From: Polyangiales bacterium
GTDB lineage: Bacteria > Myxococcota_A > Polyangia > Polyangiales > Polyangiaceae
DNA: 64,000 nucleotides
Assembly: GCA_038231275.1 (NCBI GenBank)
Contig: JBBRLQ010000007.1
Location: 256,001-320,000 of the forward strand
Direction of reading: 5' to 3'
Part shown: piece after piece, positions 41,750 to 51,888 of the stretch
Layout: every line of letters starts with the position of its first letter
Numbering within the stretch: the stretch's first letter is position 1
Made by a program: the position numbers and the translations under genes
The notes under the pieces: model-generated
Told to the model about the DNA's origin: nothing
Seen by the model: the letters and a program-made list of their open reading frames with translations, nothing else
The model's database searches: none

Positions 41750-44700
41750 TCAGGTCCAGGTCGCGCCGACGCGGCGGCGCAGGGCCGTCGCTTCGGTGGT
41801 GAGGGCGAAGCGGATCACGTCGCCCGCGAACGCGTGCTCGAGCACTTTGCCGAGCGAGTCCCGGCCCGGCGTGTCGGTGGCGCGCATGAACGCGGGATCG
41901 AGGCCGCGTAGCTCGTCGATCGTCGCCAGCAAATCGCCGGTGAGCAGGTACGCGATGCGCAGCTCGGCGCGGGCGAGTGCGCCGATGAACACGTCGACTG
42001 GCACCGGCCGCCCAGACGCCGCCGCGAGATGCGGCTGCAGCTCCTCGAGGAGCTTGCGCTGGCGGCGGGACAAGGCCTTGGCCACGCCCGGCTCGTACTG
42101 CGCGACGAGCTTCGACGAGATCACGTCCACGTCGTCGGCGCCGTACGTCGGCATCACCTGACGCGCCGACGCGATGAGGAGCGCTTCGATGTGCGGCGGC
42201 GGAAGCTCTTCCAGCCAGGGCACGCCGAGCGCGATGCGCGCGAGCGCGCGGGCCAGCGACGCGAGCTGCGTCGGCTCCGGCAAGTCCGTCAAGGCGCGCG
42301 GCACGACCACCCACAAGCTGTCCTGAGCGAGGACACGCGTGCGCGTGACCGCGGACGTGACGACGAGATCGACCTCCGCGACGCCCACCGCGCGCGCGAG
42401 CCGATCCAAGAGCGCGCGCGTCGGGTGCCCGCTGCGCGAGCTGATCCGATCGCGCGACGAGATGCCGAGATCCGTGAGATCCGCGCGCAGGAGCTTCGAC
42501 TCGATGCCGGCGATCGCGGCGGCGACCTCGAGCATCACGTGGCGCCCCTCGTTCGGCAGCACGTGGGTGACGAGCGCCGCGCGATCGAGGCCGCTGTGGT
42601 GACCTTCGAGCGGCTGGAGGCGGCGCGAGCGCAGCCACTTGTGGCGCCCATCGTCGAGATCGCCGCAGATCGCGCGCAGCTCGCTGATGATGAGCGCGTC
42701 TTCGCTCTTGCGCTCGGCCCCGAGGGACGTCTCGAGCAGCTCGAGGGCGGTCGCCGGATCGGACACGCTCATGATCGGCCGCGGGTTCGGGAGCAGCATC
42801 GACATGAGGACGCGCGTGGACTCCTCGTTCGCGCCGAGGCGCTTGTACGCGCTCGCGAGCTCGAAGCGCGTCTCGTACAGAGTCGGATCCATCTGCACGG
42901 CTTTTTGCAGGTGCACGACGCCGTCCCGCACGCGGCCCATGCCCTCGATCTCGAGCTGCCCGAGGGCGGCCAGCCAGCGCGGATCGACGTGCCCGATCTT
43001 CTGTCCGCGCGCGATGACCTGCGTGAGCGCGCGGGCGTAAGAGACGACGTCGCGGCCCTTGGAGGTCCGGAAGAGGCTGCCGAGCTTGGCGAAGGCCTTG
43101 GTGTTGAGCGGCGCGTACGCGACGGCATCGACGAGCGCGCGCTCGGCACCCTCGCGATCGTCCAGCTCGATACGAATGTCGGCCAGCTCGAGGAGGATGG
43201 TCGCCTTCTGGCCGTGATCTTTTTCGACCTCGGACAGCTTGTCGAGCATCTCCGAGATCTCGCGCTTGGCGTCGGGGCGGCCGCCCGCGTGCTCCGACTG
43301 CGACGACGCGACGCGATGGATGAGGGCGCGTAGGGCCCGCGCGTTCGCGGGATCGATGTTGAGGGCGAGCCGGAGGACGCGTTCGGCTTCGTCGGGGCGC
43401 GACAGCACCTTCTCGTACACGCTCGCGAGCGCGAACAGCGCGGTGAGGCGAGGACCCGGCTCGCGGCTGATCGCAGCGACCGACTCCAGCGCCTCGACCG
43501 CCTCCGGCCACGCGCGCTGCGCGATGCACAGCTCGCTCAAGAGGAGGAGCGACGGTACGTGGTTCGGCGCCGCTTCTCGGACGTGGCGCATGGCGTCGAT
43601 GCCGACGGTCAAGTCACCCAGCTCGTCGCGCGCGACGCGGGCGATCTCCGAGCCGAGCATGACGATCGCGTCGGGGCTCTTCGCGCGCGTGATCGCCGAG
43701 CGGAAGGTCTCCACGAGGCGCTCGGCCTGGCGCTGCTCGATGCGCACGGTGGCGAGCCGACCTGCCGCGGGGATGGAATCGGGCTCGGACTCCAGCGCCT
43801 CTTCGAGGAGGCGCCCTGCGCGCTCGTGCCGCTCGTCGCGCGGTCCGAGGCGATCGTCGGAGTCGTTGCCGAGGAGCAGCTCCGCGGCATCGAGGAGGTA
43901 CCGCGCCTTCGCCTTGGGCGCCGTCGCGAGGTTGGCGAGCGACATCGCCGCCTCGATCGCCCCCGCCGCGTCGCCGAGCTTGTTGCTCAGACGCGCCAGG
44001 CCCGTGGCGGCGGTCACGCTGAGCGAATCGATCGCGAGCGCCGCGCGGTAGCGGTCGAGCGCCTCGCGCGCGAGGCCGCCTGATTCGTTGGCGTCGCCGG
44101 CCGCCGATTCGAGGAGGAGCGCGAGGCGGAGCTGCATCGCGATCTGTGACCCATCGTCCGAGGCGAGCGCGCAAAGGGCGCGAAGAGAGGAGATGACCGC
44201 CTTTCGCGCCCGCGCTTCACCGCGCCGCGCCGCGGCCAGATCGCGGCGCACGGTGGCCTCGAGCGCGCCCGGATCGGTCGGGTCGAGATCGAGGATGCGC
44301 GAGTACGTGTTCGAGGGGCTGTCGGTGAGCGGGAGGCGCCACTCCTCGAGCGCCGCGAGGTTCCACAGCGCGCCTAGGCGCGCGCGCACGTCGATGAACG
44401 CGTCGCCCTGCTTCGACAAGACGCGCGACAGCGGCGACCACGACGCCGTCCGCCGCGCGAGCGCCTCGAGCATGCGGAGGGCCGGGATGTGGCCGGGATC
44501 CTCGGCGAGCACCGACTCGAGGAGGCCCATCGCGTGCGGCAGATCCTGTCCGAGCTCGACGAGCAGCGCCGCGTACTCGAAGCCGAAGATCTGCGCTTGC
44601 TGCGGCGAACCGGCGCGATCGTAGCGCTTGGCCAGGTGCGAAGCGCGCTCGCCGAGGGCGGCGGGGGTGATGCGCGCGCTCGGCGACGTGGCAGGCCGCA

Positions 44701-47668
44701 CCGCGCCGCGCCGCGCGAGCACGCGCGAGAGGCGATCGGCGATCATGTCGTCCTCCGGCGTCTCCGCAAGCGCGCGCGAATAGAGGAGGGAGGCCGACTC
44801 GTCGTTCTCGAGGCGCAGCTCGTCGATCTCGGCGGCGCGGACCAGGAACCGCGCGCGCTCCTCGCGGGTCGGCGCGTCCATCGCAAGTTGCGTCAGCGCG
44901 TCGCGGAGCGCGCGATCGTCGCCGGCGTTCTCGAGCACGCGCGCGATCTCCGCGGGCGGCACCGGGTGCGCGGGATCGAGCGCGCGCGCTTGCTGGAGCG
45001 ACCGCAATGCGTCGGACGGCGCGCGCAGCCGCGTGTCTTGCATCTGCGCGAGGCTGAGCCAGAGCGGAAAGCGCTCCTGCGCGCCGTGCGTGTGATCGAT
45101 GCGCGACGCGAGCGCCTTGGCGGCCGCCTCCCAGCGGTTGGCCTCTTCGTGGAGGCGCACTTGAAGGGCGCGCGCGGCGCCATGTGCCTGATCGGCGCCG
45201 AGGACCTCCTGCACGATCGCGATGGCGCGGGCCGGATCGTGGCGCGCGAGCGCGGTCGCGGCGCGGACCTTGAGCGCGAGCACGTCGACGCCGTCCTCGG
45301 CGATTCGCGCCTCGTCGAGGAGGGCGCGGGCGAGCGCGCGCTCGTCGCCGCAGCGCGCCGCGTTGCGCGCGAGGCCGAGCACCGCGCTGCGACGGCGAGG
45401 TTCGAGGCTCAAGATCTCCTCGTACGCGCGCGCGGCGCGCTGGGCGTCGCCGATCAGCTCCTCCCAGAGGAGCGCCACCCGCTCGAGGTACGCGACGCGC
45501 CTCCCCGGATCGGACGCCGTCTGCGTCGCTTGCACGTACAGCTCGATGAGCGCGCGCACGTCGCCGTCGACGCGCTGCGACGGGGCAGGGGAGAGCAGGC
45601 GCGAGAGCATGTCGAGCGTCTCGGAGTCGCCGGGGTTCGCCACCCACGCCGCGCGCAGGTGACGGATCGCGTCGACCGGACGCTGGAGCGAGCCGTCGGC
45701 GATCACCGCAGCGCGGCACAGCGCGCGCGCTCGTTTCTTCCCGTCCTCGGTGCGCGCGGCCTCGGTGAGCCAAAGCGCCATGCGCTGCTCGTCCTTCACA
45801 GCCATCCCGAGCAGGCGATCGAGCGTCTCGATGAGCGTCGGATCGTCGTCCTCGAGCGTCATCGCGCGCTGGATGTCGCCGACCGCGCTCTCGAGATCGC
45901 CGAGGCGCTCATGCACCATCGCGAGGGTGCGAAGCTCGTGTGCCAGGTGCGCCGGTTCGTGGATGAAGCGAAGACGCGATCGCCGCGCGCGTGCCGCCTC
46001 GGGCCACATCGCCGTGGCTTCGTACAAGCGCACCAGCTCGTCGAGCACGCGCCGATCGACGCTCGGTGTCGTGGGCTCGCGCGTCATGGCGCGCTCCAGG
46101 AGCGACACGGCCTTCGCGTCGTCCTTGAGCCGACGATCGGCGATCGTCGCCGCCTCGAGCTCGAGGCGCGCGCTTCGGGCGCCGCTCGTCTCGATCCCCG
46201 CCTCTTCTTCGAGCGCCTCGACGAGCGCGGGCATGTCGCGCTGCGCGGCGACGTGGTTCACGTACGCGTCGCGCACCGGCCCGACGCCTGGATCCAGGCG
46301 CACCGCGCGCTCGAGGGCTCCCCGCGCCGCGTCCACGCGACCAAGCCGCCACTCGAGCAGGTGCGCGCGCTCGACGTGAAGCCAAGCCGCGAGACGCGGC
46401 TCGCTCGCGAACGCGTCGGCCATCCGCCCGAGGTGACCCGCGAGCGCGTCGAACGCTTCGGAGCCGAAATCCGCGTTCGTCCGCGCGACGAGCTCCGCCT
46501 CGAGCCCCTTCAGCGCTGCCGCGTGGTGCGGCGCCCGCGTGAGCGCTTGCTCCCACGCCGCGCGCACCGCGTCGGATTTCTCTCCGCTCGCCTCGAGCAG
46601 CCGCGCGCGCTCGACGATGAGCTCGACGGTCTGCGCCTCCGCGCTCGACGCCGACAGCTCTTGCCCCAAGTGCAAAAGAAGCTGCCCGATCGCGGCGCGT
46701 CCGTGCTTGCGGCGGCGAAGCAAGCCGTGCGCGCTCGCCAGCTCGGGATCGACGCGCAGCGCCGCCTCCGCGTGCCCAATACACTTGGTCTCGTCGCCGA
46801 GCACCTCGCTGGCGATCGCCATCTCCATGTGCGCGCGCGCGAGCCCCACGCGATCGACGGTCCCCTCGAGCGTCGCCACGCGCGCGGAGAGCAGCTCGGC
46901 GAGCGCGGCTCCGCTCAGCCCGCCGTCGGGCGTACGCGACGACACCGAGATGCTCGCATGCGAGAGCTGCGACGCGAGCGATCCTGGCGGCATCGACGCG
47001 CTCGGCGGCCGGCTCGGCGGCGGCGCGGGCAGCGGCGGCGGCCGAGTGCTCGTGCGCGACGCGTCGCCCGGCGGCGGCGGCGGAATTCGCGTCGGCAAGG
47101 GCGGCGGCCCTTTGCTCCCACGACCCGCCAAGGACGGCGGCGGCTTCGACGGCGGTGACGACGGAACCGATCCCGGCGGCGGCTCGCCTGCGGCCGGCAC
47201 CGGCGACGAGTCCGTGCGCGGCGACGGCCTGCCGATGTCGTACGGCGTCGGAAGAAGAAGAGGGTGCAGCTTCCCCGGCGGCTCCATCTGCGCCGGCTGC
47301 GTCTCGCTCGCCGCGGCCTTCAGCGTGCGCACCTGATCGTCGACGTTCCAGCTCTCGCCCGTCAGCGCGAGGAGCTTGTCGATCGAGTTCACACCGGCCG
47401 TGGAGCTCGGCACGAGGTCACCGACGTCGACGTCGATCGACACCTCGGACGACGCCGCCGATCGCCCCGGCAAGGTCTCCGCGTCGATCCCGTCGATCTG
47501 CACCTTCGGCAGCGGCGGAGGCACGGGCGGAGGCGCCGCGCGCTCGCTCGGAAGCGGCGGCGGTCCGGCGCTCCCGGGAAGGGGCGGCGGGCCCGCGCTG
47601 CCAGGGAGCGGCGGCGGGATGGACTCCTTCTTGGGGTGCGGCGGCGGCTTGGCGCTCTTTTGCGCCAT
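41750..47668 (-). CDS. Giant TPR protein (myxobacterial type) with a Pro-rich N-terminus
   Basis: 1972 aa; dozens of A..AL..DP repeats; no signal peptide. Confidence 0.85.
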   Translation of the reverse strand: MAQKSAKPPPHPKKESIPPPLPGSAGPPPLPGSAGPPPLPSERAAPPPVPPPLPKVQIDGIDAETLPGRSAASSEVSIDVDVGDLVPSSTAGVNSIDKLLALTGESWNVDDQVRTLKAAASETQPAQMEPPGKLHPLLLPTPYDIGRPSPRTDSSPVPAAGEPPPGSVPSSPPSKPPPSLAGRGSKGPPPLPTRIPPPPPGDASRTSTRPPPLPAPPPSRPPSASMPPGSLASQLSHASISVSSRTPDGGLSGAALAELLSARVATLEGTVDRVGLARAHMEMAIASEVLGDETKCIGHAEAALRVDPELASAHGLLRRRKHGRAAIGQLLLHLGQELSASSAEAQTVELIVERARLLEASGEKSDAVRAAWEQALTRAPHHAAALKGLEAELVARTNADFGSEAFDALAGHLGRMADAFASEPRLAAWLHVERAHLLEWRLGRVDAARGALERAVRLDPGVGPVRDAYVNHVAAQRDMPALVEALEEEAGIETSGARSARLELEAATIADRRLKDDAKAVSLLERAMTREPTTPSVDRRVLDELVRLYEATAMWPEAARARRSRLRFIHEPAHLAHELRTLAMVHERLGDLESAVGDIQRAMTLEDDDPTLIETLDRLLGMAVKDEQRMALWLTEAARTEDGKKRARALCRAAVIADGSLQRPVDAIRHLRAAWVANPGDSETLDMLSRLLSPAPSQRVDGDVRALIELYVQATQTASDPGRRVAYLERVALLWEELIGDAQRAARAYEEILSLEPRRRSAVLGLARNAARCGDERALARALLDEARIAEDGVDVLALKVRAATALARHDPARAIAIVQEVLGADQAHGAARALQVRLHEEANRWEAAAKALASRIDHTHGAQERFPLWLSLAQMQDTRLRAPSDALRSLQQARALDPAHPVPPAEIARVLENAGDDRALRDALTQLAMDAPTREERARFLVRAAEIDELRLENDESASLLYSRALAETPEDDMIADRLSRVLARRGAVRPATSPSARITPAALGERASHLAKRYDRAGSPQQAQIFGFEYAALLVELGQDLPHAMGLLESVLAEDPGHIPALRMLEALARRTASWSPLSRVLSKQGDAFIDVRARLGALWNLAALEEWRLPLTDSPSNTYSRILDLDPTDPGALEATVRRDLAAARRGEARARKAVISSLRALCALASDDGSQIAMQLRLALLLESAAGDANESGGLAREALDRYRAALAIDSLSVTAATGLARLSNKLGDAAGAIEAAMSLANLATAPKAKARYLLDAAELLLGNDSDDRLGPRDERHERAGRLLEEALESEPDSIPAAGRLATVRIEQRQAERLVETFRSAITRAKSPDAIVMLGSEIARVARDELGDLTVGIDAMRHVREAAPNHVPSLLLLSELCIAQRAWPEAVEALESVAAISREPGPRLTALFALASVYEKVLSRPDEAERVLRLALNIDPANARALRALIHRVASSQSEHAGGRPDAKREISEMLDKLSEVEKDHGQKATILLELADIRIELDDREGAERALVDAVAYAPLNTKAFAKLGSLFRTSKGRDVVSYARALTQVIARGQKIGHVDPRWLAALGQLEIEGMGRVRDGVVHLQKAVQMDPTLYETRFELASAYKRLGANEESTRVLMSMLLPNPRPIMSVSDPATALELLETSLGAERKSEDALIISELRAICGDLDDGRHKWLRSRRLQPLEGHHSGLDRAALVTHVLPNEGRHVMLEVAAAIAGIESKLLRADLTDLGISSRDRISSRSGHPTRALLDRLARAVGVAEVDLVVTSAVTRTRVLAQDSLWVVVPRALTDLPEPTQLASLARALARIALGVPWLEELPPPHIEALLIASARQVMPTYGADDVDVISSKLVAQYEPGVAKALSRRQRKLLEELQPHLAAASGRPVPVDVFIGALARAELRIAYLLTGDLLATIDELRGLDPAFMRATDTPGRDSLGKVLEHAFAGDVIRFALTTEATALRRRVGATWT

Positions 47669-47745
47669 GGATGTTCCTCTGGCGAGAATCCTCGCACATT
47701 TGCACCCGACTACGCCATGTGGGTTCGCGGGGGTAAGATGAGGGG

Positions 47746-48360
47746 GTGCCGCTCTCCGATCGCGCCTTCCGTCGCCACGCCGCCGCCCTCGCGCTGGCGT
47801 CGCTCGCGCTCTCGGGGTGCACGTTCCTCGTCGACTTCGTCACGAAGGATCAAGCGGACACGCTTTGCGACGGCGGCGCGTGCCTCGACGCGACGTTCGT
47901 GCCCGACGTGCAGCAAGGCGACACCGCGCCGCCCGACTCGGAACCGTCCATGGACGCGCCGTTCGAGAAATCTCCGAACGACGTCCACGTCGAGGTCGCC
48001 CAATGCCCGAACCCCTGTCGAAACCGCGACAACGGCTGGTACTGCGGCAACAACGGCCTCTTCTGCAACGCGCCGCCCGACGATCTCTACTACTGCGAGA
48101 AGGACGCCGCCGCCGACGTCACCGCGTGCGTCAACGGCTGCGTTCCGCTCCCGAGCGGTCACCCCGACACGTGCGATCCGTGCTTCGGAAAAGCCGACGG
48201 CAGGTACTGCGGAAAGGATCTCCCGATCGTCCCGCACGTCCCCGGCGTCGACAAGAACGACATCTACTTGTTCGATTGCAAGGGCGGCCAGACGACGACC
48301 GCGAGCCAGGCGTGCCCGGCCACGTGCACGGGCGCGCCGCCGAACGGCAAGTGCGGGTGA
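47746..48360 (+). CDS. Cys-rich lipoprotein with repeated G-x-Y-C-G modules
   Basis: LSGC lipobox; NGWYCG..LYYC and DGRYCG..LFDC modules. Confidence 0.72.
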   Translation: MPLSDRAFRRHAAALALASLALSGCTFLVDFVTKDQADTLCDGGACLDATFVPDVQQGDTAPPDSEPSMDAPFEKSPNDVHVEVAQCPNPCRNRDNGWYCGNNGLFCNAPPDDLYYCEKDAAADVTACVNGCVPLPSGHPDTCDPCFGKADGRYCGKDLPIVPHVPGVDKNDIYLFDCKGGQTTTASQACPATCTGAPPNGKCG

Positions 48361-48367
48361 GCCGCGC

Positions 48368-49693
48368 TTAGTTGCAGGTCGTCGAGGCCTGGCAGGCCGC
48401 GACCTTGTCGCCGCACGCCTTCTGCACGCAGCCCTGCTGGCACGTCTTCGGGTCCGCGTCCGTCGAGCACGACTTCTTGCACGCCGGGCCGTTCACGAAA
48501 TTGCACTTCGCGGCGTCGTCGAGGAGCGCCGTCGAGCCGTGGCATACGGAGAGAAGACAGCGATACGCTTCGTCCTCCGACGTCGCGAGGCTCGCGCAGA
48601 GGAGCGACTGCGCGCAGTTCTGGTTGCCGTCCTTGCCGTACCAGGTCCCCGCCAGCGAGAAGCCGTCGTAGGTGCCGTCGTTGCTGCACAGCTCCGTCTT
48701 CGCGTCGCGCGGGTAGTAGACGCCGATGATCATGCACATCTCGTCTTTGGTCGTGGGACCTTGGACGATGTTCCTATCCTCGTCGTTCCGGTAGTTGCAG
48801 TGGTAGTTGAGCGTGGAGCCTGCCTTGATCTGCATGCCGGGCGCGAAGCTCTTCACCGGGACCTGCTCCCAGTTCGAGCTCTCGTAGATCATCTGCGGCG
48901 GTGCCGTCGGCGCGGCCGGTGCGGCCGGCGGTGAGACGAACGCCTGCCCGCCGAGCCCGCGCGCGTGCATGTGCGTTTGCAGATTGAGCACCGTGATGTC
49001 GCTGTTCACGGGACAGGACATCTCCGCGTATCCGCTCGAGTGGGCGGCGATGCGGATGATTGGATCGTAGAAGAAGATGATCCCGGCCTCGGTCGTGACC
49101 TGCTCCTTCGGGATCGTCCAGAGGTTGATGCGCGAGTCGACGGTGACGGGCTTCGTCTGCGCATTCAAGTAGTGCGTGTTCATCAGGATGACGGTGCCGC
49201 CCTCGAGCTTCACCGCGACGTTCGGCGGCAGACCGTCCACAACCGAAGGCGCGTTGGCCGACTGGGAGCCCGCGATGACGCCGTTGACGCTCCAGTCGCC
49301 GGTGCCGCCGTTCGGGGCGTCGAACACGCCGGAGGTGTCGTGCGTGACCCCGCGCTCGTCGACGGTCGGGATCGTCTTGTACGGCGTCGAATAGATGAGG
49401 ACGTGATGGCTGCCCGCCGTGAAGCGCACCTCTTCGCGGTTCACGTAGAGCCCCTCGGGCGGCACTTGGAAGAACTGCACGCGCTCGATCTCTTGCCCGG
49501 GGTCGAGCGACGAGACCATGCGGTACTGAACACCGTGCCCAGTCGGCGGCGGATCGAGGAGCGACGCAGCGGCGGCGTCCACGGCGGGAGCGCCTCCATC
49601 GTCCGTGACCGGCGCGCTCGGGGAGCTCTTGGACGACGAGCACGCGCACGCGACGAGCGGGAGAACCACCGAAGCGAGGACACCAAGACGCAT
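48368..49693 (-). CDS. Copper type II ascorbate-dependent monooxygenase-like (PHM/DBH fold) lipoprotein
   Basis: GSHHVL, NTHY, THMHARG and DEMC copper-ligand motifs; lipobox; Cys-rich C-terminus. Start 49693 or 49720. Confidence 0.8.
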   Translation of the reverse strand: MRLGVLASVVLPLVACACSSSKSSPSAPVTDDGGAPAVDAAAASLLDPPPTGHGVQYRMVSSLDPGQEIERVQFFQVPPEGLYVNREEVRFTAGSHHVLIYSTPYKTIPTVDERGVTHDTSGVFDAPNGGTGDWSVNGVIAGSQSANAPSVVDGLPPNVAVKLEGGTVILMNTHYLNAQTKPVTVDSRINLWTIPKEQVTTEAGIIFFYDPIIRIAAHSSGYAEMSCPVNSDITVLNLQTHMHARGLGGQAFVSPPAAPAAPTAPPQMIYESSNWEQVPVKSFAPGMQIKAGSTLNYHCNYRNDEDRNIVQGPTTKDEMCMIIGVYYPRDAKTELCSNDGTYDGFSLAGTWYGKDGNQNCAQSLLCASLATSEDEAYRCLLSVCHGSTALLDDAAKCNFVNGPACKKSCSTDADPKTCQQGCVQKACGDKVAACQASTTCN

Positions 49694-49789
49694 TGAAAGC
49701 TCCTTCAAGGGGACCAACATACGGACTCGTATGTAGCACCAGGATGGCCGTGAGCCACGACCGAAAATCGCAGCGTCATATCTATAGGC

Positions 49790-51733
49790 CTACTTGGCCG
49801 AAAAGGGACGGCCGCCCATCGTTTTCTCGGCATAGAGCCGCAGATCGGCGCAAGCCTCGGGGCCGAGGTCGTTCACCTCGTCGGGATCCTTCGCCACGTC
49901 GAAGCAGTTCCACGCGTGGTCCCACGTCGTCGCGATGAGCTTGCGGGTGCCCTGGATGGCGCCCCAGTTCTTGAAGGCGCAAGCCCATAGCTCGCTGCAG
50001 TTGGTGAGCGGCAGCACCTGATCGCGCGCCGAGCCGCCGCGGAGGAGGCTCTCTCCGGGCATCCGCGCGCGGTACGCCGTGATCTGCGGGGCGTCCCACA
50101 TGCCCATCAGATCGAGCAACGTCGGCAGCATGTCGATCGACGTGAGCGGCTCCTTCGAGAGCGCGCGCAGGTGCGCCTCCTCGTCTAGTGTGAGCGTGCC
50201 GGGCGGCGCGTCGATCCAGAGGGGGATCCGGATCTCCGGATCGAAGAGCGTCCCGGTGTGGCCGACGGCGCCCTTCTCGCGCATCTGCTCGCCGTGATCG
50301 CTGACGAAGACGATGATGGTCCGCGCCCCCTCGGGCCGCGAGCGAACATAGTCGACGAGGCGACCGACCGCGCGATCCTGGAGGATGATCGAGTCCTGGT
50401 AGCGGTTCTTGATCTCGGTCTCGTAGCCGGGCCCGCTCGCCTCTTCTTGCGGTTGGAACGGCAAGAACTCCGGATCGATCGCGTACGGGAAATGCGTGTT
50501 CGAGAGGTGGACGACGCCGACGTACGGCTCCTTGAGGGCGCCCATGTCGCCGGTGACGTACGTGACGAGCTTGCCGTCGTCGGCGCCGGTCTCGAGCGTC
50601 GCGTTCGGCTCGAGCTCCGTCGCGCTCACGTGGCGTGACACGGGGAGGCCGTCGACCCACGTGCCCGAGTTGCCGAAGAGCAGGTTCTGGCTCGTCCAGT
50701 AGGCGGTGTCCCATCCGCCGGCGCGCGCGTACTCCCAGAGGAGCGGGGCCTCGTGCAGATCTTTGCGCGACTCGGTCGGCAGCATCCCGCCCCACATGAT
50801 CGCGAGCGAGATGGCGGTCGTCGAGTCGAGCGCGCGGACCTGCGTGAACGGGATGCGGTTCGGTGCCGCCGCGTTCGAGAACGGCGTCCATTTGCAGTCG
50901 GGATCGTGCTCGACGCACACGCTGTGCGAGCGAACGCTCTCGGTCACGATCATGAGCACGTTGCGGCGCGGCGTCGGCACCGGCGTGATCGCGGCGACCG
51001 GCAGCGGCGAGCGCGGCCCGGGATGCACGCGCTCCACCGTCTCGTTGTGCTCCCAGTGTGCGCGCGCCAGGTAGCCCATCGCCGACAAGTAGAGGACGTC
51101 GGGCGTCGCCCCTTGCTCACCGCCCTCGGTCGGCGCCGCCACGAGCGAGAGCACCAGCGCGACGGCCGCCACGTCTACCGCGACGAGCGTGCGCGCGCGA
51201 CGGAGCGGCGCGAGGAGCATTCCGCAAATCGCCAGCGCCACGATCGCGAGGATCGGCGGCAAGAGCGCGCCTGCGAAGCCGACGCGATCGCTCCACAGCT
51301 GCTGCCCGATGCTCGGCAGCATCGACGTGCCGACGAGGACCGCGCGGTGGTTCAAGTACGCCTGGTAGCGATCGAACGAGTAGGTCTGCCCGCCGAACGC
51401 GAAGAGGGCCAACGCCACGAGGAGGAGGCGCGCGACGTGACGGGCCACTCCGTCTCGCCGCGTCGCGATCGCGAGGAGCGCGCCCCAGAGCACAAAGCTG
51501 AGGACGATCGTGACGACGTAGTACTGGAGCTCAATCTCTTCGAAGTGACGGATCTGCTCGCGGCGCCGCGCGACGTCGGTAGCGGCGATCCCGATCGCCG
51601 GCACCGCGAGGAGGGCGCGGCCGAGCCACCGACGAAGCCGCGCACGACCGCGGATGCCGAGCGACGCGCGCGGCAGGGCAGCGCTCGTCGAGGCATCCTC
51701 GACGGCCAGCTGCGGCTTCGAACGGGGGGACAT
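49790..51733 (-). CDS. Membrane sulfatase-superfamily transferase (EptA/LtaS-like)
   Basis: About five TM segments, then NVLMIVTESVR, STTAISL, NTHFPY and SDHGE..GH. Confidence 0.82.
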   Translation of the reverse strand: MSPRSKPQLAVEDASTSAALPRASLGIRGRARLRRWLGRALLAVPAIGIAATDVARRREQIRHFEEIELQYYVVTIVLSFVLWGALLAIATRRDGVARHVARLLLVALALFAFGGQTYSFDRYQAYLNHRAVLVGTSMLPSIGQQLWSDRVGFAGALLPPILAIVALAICGMLLAPLRRARTLVAVDVAAVALVLSLVAAPTEGGEQGATPDVLYLSAMGYLARAHWEHNETVERVHPGPRSPLPVAAITPVPTPRRNVLMIVTESVRSHSVCVEHDPDCKWTPFSNAAAPNRIPFTQVRALDSTTAISLAIMWGGMLPTESRKDLHEAPLLWEYARAGGWDTAYWTSQNLLFGNSGTWVDGLPVSRHVSATELEPNATLETGADDGKLVTYVTGDMGALKEPYVGVVHLSNTHFPYAIDPEFLPFQPQEEASGPGYETEIKNRYQDSIILQDRAVGRLVDYVRSRPEGARTIIVFVSDHGEQMREKGAVGHTGTLFDPEIRIPLWIDAPPGTLTLDEEAHLRALSKEPLTSIDMLPTLLDLMGMWDAPQITAYRARMPGESLLRGGSARDQVLPLTNCSELWACAFKNWGAIQGTRKLIATTWDHAWNCFDVAKDPDEVNDLGPEACADLRLYAEKTMGGRPFSAK

Positions 51734-51860
51734 GTAGGCCCGGATACTAGTGGGCCCCCTTGTCGGCCGCGTAAAAAGTTGTCATCGAAACGTCACCGGG
51801 TCGTCCCAGAATGCCGAAAAAATGGGCTCTTCAGAAAAATGCGCGGTGCTACTTGCATTC

Positions 51861-51878
51861 ATTCGCATCGACGCATAT
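51861..51878. promoter_or_regulatory. Imperfect palindrome, candidate SahR operator
   Basis: ATTCGCATCGACGCATAT (12/18 self-complementary) in an AT-rich promoter, 10 nt before the GTG start. Confidence 0.45.
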
Positions 51879-51888
51879 ATCTTCCTTC

